Source: Planctomycetota bacterium (GTDB lineage: Bacteria > Planctomycetota > MHYJ01 > WSZJ01). From it: DNA of 64,000 nucleotides. A program made the position numbers and the translations under genes. A model generated the notes under the pieces. It saw only the letters and a program-made list of their open reading frames with translations. It did no database searches and was not told where the DNA came from. Positions 48,538-57,475 of the stretch are shown here, in pieces; position 1 is the stretch's first letter; each line of letters opens with the position of its first letter. The stretch spans positions 352,001-416,000 of the forward strand of contig JBBTCT010000001.1 of assembly GCA_038060895.1 (NCBI GenBank), given 5' to 3'.

Positions 48538-49524
48538 ATGCCAGAACCCCCGCGAATCGACATTTCCGACCTGGCCGGCACCGAAGCCGTGGACCAGGTC
48601 TTCCTCCTCGGCAACGTCGAGGTCCGCCAGAAAAAGAACGGCGAGCCCTTCCTGAATCTCGAGCTCGTCGACCGAAGCGGCCGCATGCAGGCGAAAGTCT
48701 GGGACGGCGCCGAGATGGTGCAGCGCAAGATCCGCACCGGCGATTACGTGCGCGTCCGCGGGCAGGTGAAGATCTATAACAAGCGGCTCGACATGGCGAT
48801 CGCTTCGATCATCGCCGTGGACGAGAAGTCGGTCGACAAGGGCGCGTTCGTGCCCCGGACGAAGAAGGACCCGGTTCAGCTCGCGCTGGCCTGGAAAGAA
48901 ATCGTGGCCGGCGTGAAGAACGACTGGCTGAAGCGGCTGCTGCGGACGTTCGTGGAGGACGAGGGGTGGTTCGCGAAGTTCTGCGAGAGCCCCGCGGCCG
49001 TGCGCCTTCACCACGCCTGCATCGGCGGCCTGCTCGAGCACGTCGTGACGCTCGCCCGTGCCGCGCTCGCGATCGCGCCGCTCTACCCGAACCTCGACAA
49101 GGACCTCCTCGTCACCGGCATCTTCCTCCACGACGTCGGCAAGGTCCGCGAACTCTCCAGCGACCGCGTCTTCGCCTACACGGACGAAGGCCGCCTCGTC
49201 GGACACATCGCCATCGGGAGCCAGATGCTGGAAGAGGTCGTGGCCGGGATCGAAGGATTTCCCGAGGAGTTGCGGCTGCGTCTCCAGCACATGATCCTCG
49301 CCCATCACGGTCAGCTCGAATACGGCTCCCCTGTCAAGCCGATGACGCTGGAAGCGGTGGCCCTTCACCACCTCGACAACCTGGACGCGAAGATCTTCGC
49401 GTTCAGCAAGGCGATCGAGGAATCGACGGTGGGAGAAGGAGAGAACTGGACGGAGTACAGCAAGATGTTTGATGGGTATTTGTGGAAGGGGCCGTCGAGC
49501 GGGGGAATGGAATCGCAGGGGTAA
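48538..49524 (+). CDS. yhaM: 3'-5' exoribonuclease YhaM family (OB-fold plus HD)
   Basis: L.DRSG...KVW, PAA..HHA..GGLLEH, LHDVGK, GRLVGHI, ILAHHG..EYGSP, DNLDAK. Confidence 0.88.
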   Translation: MPEPPRIDISDLAGTEAVDQVFLLGNVEVRQKKNGEPFLNLELVDRSGRMQAKVWDGAEMVQRKIRTGDYVRVRGQVKIYNKRLDMAIASIIAVDEKSVDKGAFVPRTKKDPVQLALAWKEIVAGVKNDWLKRLLRTFVEDEGWFAKFCESPAAVRLHHACIGGLLEHVVTLARAALAIAPLYPNLDKDLLVTGIFLHDVGKVRELSSDRVFAYTDEGRLVGHIAIGSQMLEEVVAGIEGFPEELRLRLQHMILAHHGQLEYGSPVKPMTLEAVALHHLDNLDAKIFAFSKAIEESTVGEGENWTEYSKMFDGYLWKGPSSGGMESQG

Positions 49525-49672
49525 AAACGACAACAACGAAACGAAAAACGAAAAAGTAAAAACGAAAAACGAAAAGCGTCAGTTTCTCGTGAGCTTCTTG
49601 ATCCGGCCTCCCAACTTCGGAGTTTTCGTTTTTCATTTTTAGTTTTTCGTTTTTCCTTTCGTTGTTGCCGTT
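49525..49672. repeat. AT-rich palindrome with AAAAACG-type heptamer arms
   Basis: 49526-49575 pairs with 49623-49672 at 46/50. Confidence 0.85.
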
Positions 49673-49730
49673 ATCCAACAGCAGGCTCCGCTTCCCGTAA
49701 CACCTTCACTCCCCCGGAGACACCTCCCCC

Positions 49731-50642
49731 ATGCTTCGCACCGCCCTTCTCATCGCTTTCCTTGCCCTCCCTCTCCTCGCCGAGGACTCCAACGACGACG
49801 GCGCTTCCGCCCTCAAAGCCTACGGCCGCTCCGTCAAGGCCATGAACAAGTCCGAGGGCTATCACCTCGACACGAAGATCGACGTGGATATGGGCGGCGC
49901 CGTGATGCCCGGCGGCTCCGTCGAGGGCGTCATTCGCAATCCTGACTTCGGCCATTTCAAGCTCGACATCGCGGGCAATGCCCTCGACGTCTTCAAGGAA
50001 GGCGATTGCGTCGCCCTCCTCAACCCCCAGACCGGCAAGTGGGAAGGACAGGCCGGCAACCAGACGCTCGACTTCTTCATCAAGATCTTCAACCTCGGCA
50101 AGCTCATGGACGACCTCCGCGAAGGCGCCGTGAAGGCGGAGTTCGGCGAAGCGGAGGAGCTGGGTAAGCGCGAGTGCCGCACGGTGGTCTTCGGCGTGCC
50201 GAAGAAGACGCTGGAAGGCCTGCTGAAGGGCGACGGGAAGGGCAGCCTGGGTGTCTCGGCCGAAAACGCGAAGATGAAGGTCCGCACCTGGATCGACAAG
50301 AAAGAGGGGCTTCCGCGCAAGATTGAAATCGTGATCGACGTGGAGCTGAAAGGCCTCCCGGGCGCCGACGACGGGACGAAGGACGACTGGGAAGACTGGG
50401 ACGAAGAAAAGGACGGCGAAAAGAAGGACGAGAAGAAGGACGACGGCGCCAACGCCGATGAGGGCGATGAAGGCGAAGAAGAAGTGCCGCCGATGACGAT
50501 CGCGATCACCGTCACCGCTTCCATCAAGAAGTACGGACAGGATCTCGAGGTCGAAATCCCGGCCGCCGCGCGCAAGGTGCTCGACTCGCAGAAGAAGACC
50601 AAGACGGAGCCGGGCGGGGACGAAAAAGACGAAGAAAAGTAA
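49731..50642 (+). CDS. Hypothetical secreted protein, possible LolA/LppX-like fold, acidic insert
   Basis: Signal peptide; WIDKKEGLPRKI; KYGQDLEVEIP. Confidence 0.7.
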   Translation: MLRTALLIAFLALPLLAEDSNDDGASALKAYGRSVKAMNKSEGYHLDTKIDVDMGGAVMPGGSVEGVIRNPDFGHFKLDIAGNALDVFKEGDCVALLNPQTGKWEGQAGNQTLDFFIKIFNLGKLMDDLREGAVKAEFGEAEELGKRECRTVVFGVPKKTLEGLLKGDGKGSLGVSAENAKMKVRTWIDKKEGLPRKIEIVIDVELKGLPGADDGTKDDWEDWDEEKDGEKKDEKKDDGANADEGDEGEEEVPPMTIAITVTASIKKYGQDLEVEIPAAARKVLDSQKKTKTEPGGDEKDEEK

Positions 50643-50670
50643 CGGACTGGTTCGGATAAGATGGCGCTTC

Positions 50671-50703
50671 AGGGGGCCCCGAAGAACTCGGGGCCTCTTT
50701 TTT
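50671..50703 (+). terminator. Intrinsic terminator
   Basis: AGGGGGCCCCGA...TCGGGGCCTCT followed by a T-run. Confidence 0.75.
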
Positions 50704-50770
50704 CAGGCGAACGCAAAAGGCAGCGAACGCGTCTTACCTTAGTCCCGGTCCCCCTTCAGGAATTCGACCC

Positions 50771-51619
50771 GTGAAGCCCCTATCCGCCGTCGCCGCCGTG
50801 CTCGCCCTGGCCGCCGCGCCGGCTTTCGCAGACGACGCTACCGACCGTCTCAACAAGGCCGTGGAGGCGCTTTCCGCGCAGGACGGCTATGTCCTCGCGG
50901 CGCAGTGGCGGCTCGACATCGAGAAGGTGAAGGAGCCCGTCAAGGGAACGGTCGAGTCGCTCGTGCGGCACAGGGAGGACTTCCTCAAACTGCACGCGAA
51001 GTTCGACGAAGGCGAAGTGACGGTCTACCAGAAAGGCGCGCAGATCGCGGGTCAGAACGCGGAGACAAAGCAGTGGGGCCCGATTTCCGACGACGCGAAA
51101 GCGAAGTTCGTGCTGAAGATGTTCAACCTGAAGGCGTTCCTGACGGAAGCGGCCGGGATGGCGACGAACGCGCGGCTGTCGAAGGGCGACAAGGACGAGG
51201 AGTTGCACCTGGAGTTCGAGGCGGACAAAGAAAAGCTGAAGAAGCTGCTCGGCGACGCCGAGGCCGGAAAAGCGCTCACGAACGGGACGCTCGACAACGC
51301 GACGATGAAAGTGGCGATCGACTTTGACCGGAAGTCGGGTGTGCCCCGGCGTGTGACGGTGGACATCGAGGGGGATTCGACGCACACGCCGCGCAAGGCG
51401 GCCAGTCCTCCGCCCGATGACGGCTTCAAACCGTGGACAGGCGAAGATGACGCGCCGCCCGCGAAAGACGACAAGAAAGATGACGGCGCGAAAAAACCCG
51501 AGGAGCCGCCGGCCCCGATCGTCGAGCACATCAAGGTGCACCTCGAGGCCATCCCGGACTACAAGCAGTCGCTCGACGCGGAAGTGCCGGAGGCGGTCAA
51601 GAAGGTGCTGGGGCTGTAG
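50771..51619 (+). CDS. Hypothetical secreted protein, apparent paralogue of 49731-50642
   Basis: NATMKVAIDFDRKSGVPRRV; DYKQSLDAEVPEAVKKVL. Confidence 0.7.
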   Translation: MKPLSAVAAVLALAAAPAFADDATDRLNKAVEALSAQDGYVLAAQWRLDIEKVKEPVKGTVESLVRHREDFLKLHAKFDEGEVTVYQKGAQIAGQNAETKQWGPISDDAKAKFVLKMFNLKAFLTEAAGMATNARLSKGDKDEELHLEFEADKEKLKKLLGDAEAGKALTNGTLDNATMKVAIDFDRKSGVPRRVTVDIEGDSTHTPRKAASPPPDDGFKPWTGEDDAPPAKDDKKDDGAKKPEEPPAPIVEHIKVHLEAIPDYKQSLDAEVPEAVKKVLGL

Positions 51620-51651
51620 TCCTCAGCGGGACGGCAGGATTCTGCCGGAAA

Positions 51652-51680
51652 GTCGTTCCTACCCACTACCAACTACCTCC
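51652..51680. repeat. Single-arm copy of the 17293-17373 heptamer element
   Basis: GTCGT followed by TCCTACCCACTACCAACTACC (51657-51677), identical to 17351-17371. Confidence 0.7.
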
Positions 51681-51692
51681 TGGTCACTGCCG

Positions 51693-52184
51693 TCACTTCT
51701 TCTTCGCTTTCCCCTCGCCCAGGATCGACGACTTCCCTTCCGCCGCCGTCCCCGCCGCGAACGTCTTTTTCTTCGCGTCCCAGGCCAGCCCGGCGCCGGA
51801 CTTCTTCCACCACGCCTCGAAGTCCTTCTTCGCTGCGGAGCAGCTTTCGAGGCTCTCGTGGTCGCAGGTGATCCCCGCGCCCGTCACGCTTGAGAGCGCG
51901 ACGGCCGCGCGCTTGCGGAATTCGTGGCGCTCGTCGGCGAGATGGGAAATCAGCTTCGGAAGCGCTTCTGCCTGCCCGAGCAGTGCCAGCGCGTACTGGG
52001 CCGCGACCCTCACTCCCTCGGACTCGTCCTCGGCGAAGCCCAGGACCGTCTTCACCGCATCGGGCCCGCCGAACACGCCCAGGTTGGCGACGCCGTTGGC
52101 GCGCCGGCCGGGATCGCGCTGTTTGACGTCGAGCAGGGCCTTGTCGTAGCCGTTGGACGGGACGCCGGGCATGCGCTGAAACAT
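51693..52184 (-). CDS. HEAT-repeat protein
   Basis: DESEGVRVAAQYALALLG; LADERHEFRKRAAVALSSVTG; AWW. Confidence 0.75.
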   Translation of the reverse strand: MFQRMPGVPSNGYDKALLDVKQRDPGRRANGVANLGVFGGPDAVKTVLGFAEDESEGVRVAAQYALALLGQAEALPKLISHLADERHEFRKRAAVALSSVTGAGITCDHESLESCSAAKKDFEAWWKKSGAGLAWDAKKKTFAAGTAAEGKSSILGEGKAKKK

Positions 52185-52257
52185 TCACGAACTCCTGAGA
52201 GGTGAGGAAGCGAGCGATGTTACGGGCCTCGGGCCGATAATGCCAGCGGCCAGCGGA

Positions 52258-52968
52258 TCAGGAACGGCGGCCTGAGTGCAGCGTCACTCCCCCGAACGCA
52301 AAGGAACGAATCGTGACGTCGACGAAGTCATTGGTTCGCATGAGGTCCGCGAACTGGGCGGCCGTCAGGTGCGCGGCCACGGAGTCGCGGTAGTAGGCGT
52401 AGGCGTTGTGTTTCGAGCCGGTGATCAGGCGGCCCAGCCACGGGACGACGCCGCGGCAAAGCATGTTAAAGCCGAGGCGGCCGAGACAGCCCTGCGGGGG
52501 GCCGGACTCGAGGACGTGGAGTCGGCCGCCGGGGGCGAGAACGCGGGCGAGTTCGCGAAGAGCTGCGGCGGTATCGGAGACGTTGCGGATGCCCCAGCCG
52601 ACCGTGGCGGTGCGGAAGGCGCCGTCGCGGAATGGAAGTCGAAGCGTGTCGGCGCGTCCAAGGGCGACCGGTGCTGTTCCTACTTTTGTTTTCGCGACGT
52701 CCAGCATCCCCCGCGTGAAGTCGGTCGCCGCAACGCGCGCCCCCGGCGCTTCTCGCAGAATCGCCAGCGCGAAATCCCCCGTCCCGCAGCACGCGTCCAG
52801 CGCCCACCCGCCCCCTGCGAGGTCCTTCGCCGCATCCCGCGCCGCCGCCCTCCTCCAGGCGTGGTGACGCCCCCCGGTCATCAGGCCGTTCACGAGGTCG
52901 TAGCGCGCGCTGATGTCGTGAAACATCGCCTGGATTTGAGAAGAGTCCTTCGACGGGGCAGGGCTCAT
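52258..52968 (-). CDS. ubiE: UbiE/MenG family C-methyltransferase
   Basis: MFHDISARYDLVN.LMTGGRH..WRR, LDACCGTGD, LPFRD, RELARVLAPGG, AYAYY..S. Confidence 0.88.
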   Translation of the reverse strand: MSPAPSKDSSQIQAMFHDISARYDLVNGLMTGGRHHAWRRAAARDAAKDLAGGGWALDACCGTGDFALAILREAPGARVAATDFTRGMLDVAKTKVGTAPVALGRADTLRLPFRDGAFRTATVGWGIRNVSDTAAALRELARVLAPGGRLHVLESGPPQGCLGRLGFNMLCRGVVPWLGRLITGSKHNAYAYYRDSVAAHLTAAQFADLMRTNDFVDVTIRSFAFGGVTLHSGRRS

Positions 52969-53429
52969 GCTTCGTCTCCCGCCCAACGCGCCGTTTGCCG
53001 ATGCCGACCCAATCCGACCGTGTCGAATTCGTCGCAGCCGGAAGCGGCACGAACTCCGAGCCGGCGAAGTATCAGGTTGATGGCATCCGGGGATTCGAGC
53101 GGGCCTAGCACGACTTCCCCGCCCTCCATCCCGACGGCCCACTGGGATCCCTCGCCGCCGAAAAAGTCAGCAGAAATGAAGGCCAGGAATTCGGATCGGG
53201 AAGCCTCTCGTATCCACCGGGCCACGGCGGGGACGCTTCCAGGTATCCCCTTGAAAGCGGCGTCTGGAGCAAATCCGAAACGCTGCTCGAGTTCTGCGAG
53301 CAGGCGATCAGTCAGCGGAATCAGTGCTACCCCGTAGGACAGCTTGACGACGCAGGCATGCTCTCTCGTCCGTCCTGCGAACTGCACCACTTGTTCAATT
53401 CCAATCACGGCGTCGAGGGTGTAGCTCAC
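52965..53429 (-). CDS. Hypothetical protein
   Basis: A.ISADFFGGEGSQWA...INLILRRLGV...DEFDTVGLGRHR; ATGA overlap with ubiE. Confidence 0.7.
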   Translation of the reverse strand: MSYTLDAVIGIEQVVQFAGRTREHACVVKLSYGVALIPLTDRLLAELEQRFGFAPDAAFKGIPGSVPAVARWIREASRSEFLAFISADFFGGEGSQWAVGMEGGEVVLGPLESPDAINLILRRLGVRAASGCDEFDTVGLGRHRQTARWAGDEA

Positions 53430-53450
53430 GGGGCGGGTATTCTACGCGCC

Positions 53451-54017
53451 ATGACCCCCGACATGGACTCGCCCACAACCCCGGAGAAACGCCGCATGGC
53501 TCTTTCCACGTCGCAGATCCTCTCGTACTGCGTGCTCGGCACGATCATCGTGGTGCTGACGATCATCGCGATCCGCACGCGCGGAACAGCAGGCGTGAAA
53601 GAAGCCGGAAAGTCCGGTGGCGTGCTGTTCCTCTCCGTCCTCCCGAACCTGCTTCTCGGCTTCACGATCGCCGGCTTCCTGCAGGTCCTCCTGCCGAAGG
53701 ACACGATCGTGCGCTGGATGGGCGAAGACTCCGGCTTCCGCGGCATCCTCGCCGGCTCGCTCGCCGGCACGCTCACCCCGGGCGGGCCGTTCACGCACTT
53801 CCCCATCCTCGCGTCGTTCCTCAAGGCAGGCGCCGGAGTGGGCCCCGTTTCCGCTTACATCGCCGGATGGGCCCTCCTCGGCGTCAATCGCATCATCGTC
53901 TGGGAGCTGCCCATTCTCGGCTGGCGCTTCGCCCTCGCCCGAATCGTCGCGTGCCTGTTCGTGCCGCCGGTCGTCGGGCTGCTGACCCAGCTGCTGTTCC
54001 GTGGAAGAGTCGCTTGA
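53451..54017 (+). CDS. Predicted permease (DUF318/ArsP-like half transporter)
   Basis: LLLGFTIAG....P...I.RWMG.DSG.RGI..G...G..TPGGP...FP. Confidence 0.8.
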   Translation: MTPDMDSPTTPEKRRMALSTSQILSYCVLGTIIVVLTIIAIRTRGTAGVKEAGKSGGVLFLSVLPNLLLGFTIAGFLQVLLPKDTIVRWMGEDSGFRGILAGSLAGTLTPGGPFTHFPILASFLKAGAGVGPVSAYIAGWALLGVNRIIVWELPILGWRFALARIVACLFVPPVVGLLTQLLFRGRVA

Positions 54018-54028
54018 GCGAGGTCGTC

Positions 54029-54553
54029 ATGTCTACGAGCTGCAAGACCTGCGGTGGACAGTGCGAGATGGGAAAGTCCTGCAATGCCTGCGGCTACGAC
54101 CCGATGTCGCACCGCGACGAACAAGTCGTGGCGCGGGTCGGGGCCCAGGGCGACGGCGCTTTTCGCGGGGACAGGAACCGGCTGTGGATTCTCACGACGG
54201 AGCGCGTGGTTTTCCTGAAGAACGGCACGCGGAGCAACGAGTCGAAACTTGGAGGAGTCCGCGAGGCGACGTATGCGGGGAAGCGGAATCTGGGCGTCCT
54301 CGGCCTGCTCATCGCCGTGGCCGTGATTTCAACCTTGTCAGCCGTTTCGCAGGTTGGAAGCGTCGTGTTGCTTGTGTCGCCTGTGGCGATGGCTCCCCTC
54401 CTTCTGGTGTGGGCCTTCTGGCGTGAGGCCTGCATCACGATCGTGAAGAACGATGATTCGTCGTTCGTCGAGCGCGTTCTTCCGGGGCATGCGAAAAGCG
54501 CCGAACAATTCGTGCAGGCCGTGCAGGACCAGCTCAGGCTGCGGCGCTCTTGA
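54029..54553 (+). CDS. Hypothetical zinc-ribbon membrane protein
   Basis: CKTCGG...CNACG followed by two TM helices. Confidence 0.65.
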   Translation: MSTSCKTCGGQCEMGKSCNACGYDPMSHRDEQVVARVGAQGDGAFRGDRNRLWILTTERVVFLKNGTRSNESKLGGVREATYAGKRNLGVLGLLIAVAVISTLSAVSQVGSVVLLVSPVAMAPLLLVWAFWREACITIVKNDDSSFVERVLPGHAKSAEQFVQAVQDQLRLRRS

Positions 54554-54563
54554 ACGGCGATGC

Positions 54564-55043
54564 CTACCGAAGGTGCTTCGCGAGCATGTCCCACGATTCC
54601 GCGAGCGTCAGCGGCAGCACTTTCGTGTCGCCCAGCAGCGGCATGAAGTTCGTATCTCCGTTCCAGCGGGGGACGACGTGCAGGTGGACGTGCCCGGGGA
54701 GCCCTGCACCCGCCGCCCGGCCGAGGTTGACGCCGACGTTGTAGCCATGCGGCTTCATCGCGCGATCCAGCGCCTGCTTGGCCTCACCGGTGAGGCGCAT
54801 GAGTTCGAGCGACTCGGCGTCCGTCAGCTTCTCGATGTCCGCGACATGGCGGTACGGCGCGACCAGAAGATGGCCGTTGTTGTAGGGGTACTTGTTCAGG
54901 ATGACGAAGCACTTCTTTCCGCGCTTGAGGATCAGGTTTTCGCGGTCCTTCTTCTGCTTCGGCAGCCCGCACAGGAAGCAGGCCTCGCCCTTTTCGGCTT
55001 CCTTGATGTACGCCATCCGCCACGGCGCCCAGAGCCGCGCCAT
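54564..55043 (-). CDS. HIT-family nucleotide hydrolase
   Basis: LWAPWR, CFLC, LNKYPYNNGHLLV.P.RH, AGAGLPGHVHLHVVPRW.GD.NF. Confidence 0.93.
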   Translation of the reverse strand: MARLWAPWRMAYIKEAEKGEACFLCGLPKQKKDRENLILKRGKKCFVILNKYPYNNGHLLVAPYRHVADIEKLTDAESLELMRLTGEAKQALDRAMKPHGYNVGVNLGRAAGAGLPGHVHLHVVPRWNGDTNFMPLLGDTKVLPLTLAESWDMLAKHLR

Positions 55044-55108
55044 CGCCCCCGCCATGCTCCCGCCCCGCTTCGCCACCGCTCCCCCCCTGGGCCTGGCCGT
55101 TTGGCTGT

Positions 55109-55199
55109 CCCGCTTAAGCGAAAAAGTCGAGGGGATACGCGGCGCGCGCAGTCCTTTAGTGCGCCCCGCGTATCCCCTCGACTTTTTTGCTTAAGCGGG
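55109..55199. repeat. Long hairpin abutting the tRNA 3' end
   Basis: 55109-55147 pairs with 55161-55199 at 37/39; GCTTAAGC at both ends. Confidence 0.8.
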
Positions 55200-55265
55200 C
55201 GATGGGATTCGAACCCACGACGTCGACCTTGGGAAGGTCGCATTCTACCACTGAATTACGCCCGC
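55194..55265 (-). tRNA. tRNA-Gly (CCC), CCA not encoded
   Basis: GCGGGCG TAATTCAGTGGTAGAAT GCGACC-TTCCCAA-GGTCG ACGTC GTGGG-TTCGAAT-CCCAT CGCCCGC T. Confidence 0.96.
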
Positions 55266-55314
55266 GAACGACGGGTCAGCATAGCGACGGAAGAGGTCGA
55301 GTCAAGCCCGGCGG

Positions 55315-55686
55315 TCAGTGCCGCTCCGTGACCGAAGCCCCTTCGCCACCACCCATGAGCTGCACCTGGGCGCTTCCCTGGCCGTCACCCGTGGAGTGGA
55401 ATTCGATGATGCAGCGGCCGGTCACGGGCATCTCCATGTCCCCGCCGGCATCGAGGGGAAAGCACTGGTCGTCGTCGCAGACGGACAGCGGCTGGTCGCC
55501 CGTGTTGACGACGCGCAGCGTTCCTCCCCCGGAAGCCACAACGAGGAGGTGGAATCCCTTCGATCCGATGGCGAACGCGAGCTCGCGGTCGGAGGACTTC
55601 GCCGGCTTCGCGGACTCCTCCTTCTCGCTCGAGGAGCATCCCGCCACAAAGACCATCCCGGCGAGCAAGGCGGCGAGTCTGGGCAT
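55315..55686 (-). CDS. Small hypothetical lipoprotein
   Basis: GGAGGAG RBS; MPRLAALLAGMVFVAGC. Confidence 0.72.
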   Translation of the reverse strand: MPRLAALLAGMVFVAGCSSSEKEESAKPAKSSDRELAFAIGSKGFHLLVVASGGGTLRVVNTGDQPLSVCDDDQCFPLDAGGDMEMPVTGRCIIEFHSTGDGQGSAQVQLMGGGEGASVTERH

Positions 55687-55694
55687 CTCTCCTC

Positions 55695-56036
55695 CTATCG
55701 AAGGTTGACCGTGTTGTACCGCCCCTCGGCCACGAAATGCACTTCGACCAGCCCTTCGCCGATCCCGCGACGCTCCAGATGGATGACGTGCTGGCCCCGG
55801 AGCACGATCTCTTTGTCGTCGCTCGTGTTCAGCAGGTAGATCTCTTCCCCGTGCCTCACCGCCACCGGGCAGGCGCCCCGGTTCAGGACGCGGATCGTGG
55901 CAAGCCCGGCATGGACGTCGATCGCGCGCTCCTCGCCGGCAATGTCCACCTTGAAGTCGCCGGTCGCCTTCACGTACGAACGGCACCCCGCCACCGCGAG
56001 CACCAGCGCGATGACGACCGCGAATCGTCTCATCAT
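55695..56036 (-). CDS. Small hypothetical lipoprotein
   Basis: MMRRFAVVIALVLAVAGC; ATGA overlap with serS. Confidence 0.72.
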   Translation of the reverse strand: MMRRFAVVIALVLAVAGCRSYVKATGDFKVDIAGEERAIDVHAGLATIRVLNRGACPVAVRHGEEIYLLNTSDDKEIVLRGQHVIHLERRGIGEGLVEVHFVAEGRYNTVNLR

Positions 56037-57316
56037 GACTTCTTCTCCGGAACGAGCCGGTCGGTGCCGAGGTACGGACGCAACACCTCGGGAATCACAA
56101 CGCTTCCGTCCGCTTCCTGGAAATTCTCGAGAATGCCGATCACGATGCGCGGGAGGGCGAGGCCGGAGCCGTTGAGCGTGTGGACGAAGCGGACTTTTCC
56201 GTCTTTGTCGCGGAAGCGGATCTGGGCGCGGCGGGCCTGGTAGTCCTCGAAGTTGGAGCAGCTGGAGACTTCGAGCCAGCGGTCGACGCCCGGGGCGTGG
56301 ACCTCGAGATCGTACTGTTTCGTGTTGGAGAAACCCATGCCGACCGTGGCGATGAAGACGCGGCGCCACGGAAGGCCGAGGCGCTCGAGCAGGGTCTCGG
56401 CAGCGCGGGTGAGGTTCTCGTGCTGGACGTACGAGTCGTCCGGGTGCGTCCAGTTCACGAGCTCGACCTTGTCGAACTGGTGCACGCGGATCATGCCGCG
56501 CGTGTCCTTGCCGGCAGCGCCCGCTTCGCGGCGGAAGCACTGGCTGAAGGCACAGTGACGGATCGGCAGCCTCTCCGCGGGGAGGATCTCCTCGCGGTAC
56601 ATGTTCGTGACCGGGACTTCCGCCGTCGGGATCAGGTACAGCGCGTCGTCCTTCAGCTTGTACATCTCCTCCTCGAACTTCGGCAGCTGCCCCGTCCCGA
56701 CCATCGTGTCGCGCAGCACCAGCACCGGCGGATAAATCTCCTCGTACCCGTGCTCCTTCACGTGCGTGTCGATGAACCACGCCACGAGCGACCGCTGCAG
56801 CTTCGCCCCCATCCCGCGGAACATCACGAACCCGCTCCCGGAAATCTTCGCCGCCCGCTCGAACTCCGTAATGCCGAGCTTCGGCCCGAGGTCCCAGTGC
56901 GCGAGCGGCTTGAACGCGAACTTCTTCGGCTCCCCGCCGCTCCTCACCACCTTGTTGTGCGTCTCCTCGTCCCCCACAGGCACGTCCGGGTGCGGGATGT
57001 TCGGGATGTACATGAGAAGAGCGTCGCGCTCCGCTTCGAGTTTCTTCGCGTCCTCCTCCAGCGCCTTCCTCCGGTCCGACAGCTCCTTCATTGCCACCTT
57101 CAGCTTCTCCGCCGCCGGCTTGTCCTCTTTCATCAGCCGGCCCATGTCCTTGTTCGCGGCGTTCTGCTCCGCCTGGAGCTTTTGCGCCTCCGTCGTCACC
57201 TTGCGCCACTTTTCGTCGGCGGCAAGGACCGCGTCGAGGTCGGCCTTCGCCTTTTTCGCGACGATCGCCGCGCGGACGCGATCGGGCTGCGTGCGGATGG
57301 TGTTGATGTCGAGCAT
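56033..57316 (-). CDS. serS: Serine--tRNA ligase
   Basis: MLDI, GTGQLPKF, LIPTAEVP, CFRREAG.AGKDTRG.IRVHQFDKVE, EVSSCSN..DYQARR, HTLNGSGLA. Confidence 0.98.
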   Translation of the reverse strand: MLDINTIRTQPDRVRAAIVAKKAKADLDAVLAADEKWRKVTTEAQKLQAEQNAANKDMGRLMKEDKPAAEKLKVAMKELSDRRKALEEDAKKLEAERDALLMYIPNIPHPDVPVGDEETHNKVVRSGGEPKKFAFKPLAHWDLGPKLGITEFERAAKISGSGFVMFRGMGAKLQRSLVAWFIDTHVKEHGYEEIYPPVLVLRDTMVGTGQLPKFEEEMYKLKDDALYLIPTAEVPVTNMYREEILPAERLPIRHCAFSQCFRREAGAAGKDTRGMIRVHQFDKVELVNWTHPDDSYVQHENLTRAAETLLERLGLPWRRVFIATVGMGFSNTKQYDLEVHAPGVDRWLEVSSCSNFEDYQARRAQIRFRDKDGKVRFVHTLNGSGLALPRIVIGILENFQEADGSVVIPEVLRPYLGTDRLVPEKKS

Positions 57317-57359
57317 TTCGCGAAAAGCTCCTTTTGTGATTCGGACGGCTGGCCACTAT

Positions 57360-57428
57360 AGCGGGGAGCGGGCGGGCGGGCGAGCGGGCGGGTGGGCCCG
57401 CGTGCCCGCCGGCCCGCTGGCCCGCCCC
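57360..57428. repeat. Degenerate inverted octamer arrays (GCGGGCGR / GCCCGCYG)
   Basis: Same unit as 36101-36226; lies between divergent serS and rhomboid genes. Confidence 0.6.
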
Positions 57429-57475
57429 TGCCTTGTGGCGCCCCCCGTTCCCCGGCCCTCCGTTATCATGGGGCC

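Noticed and set aside
36101-49672. Periodic repeats as CRISPR arrays
   Set aside because: The units are 6-9 nt with no unique spacers, and no cas genes are present.
55194-55265. Integrated island or prophage at tRNA-Gly
   Set aside because: No integrase and no distal direct repeat of the tRNA 3' end was seen; the flanking genes look like host genes.
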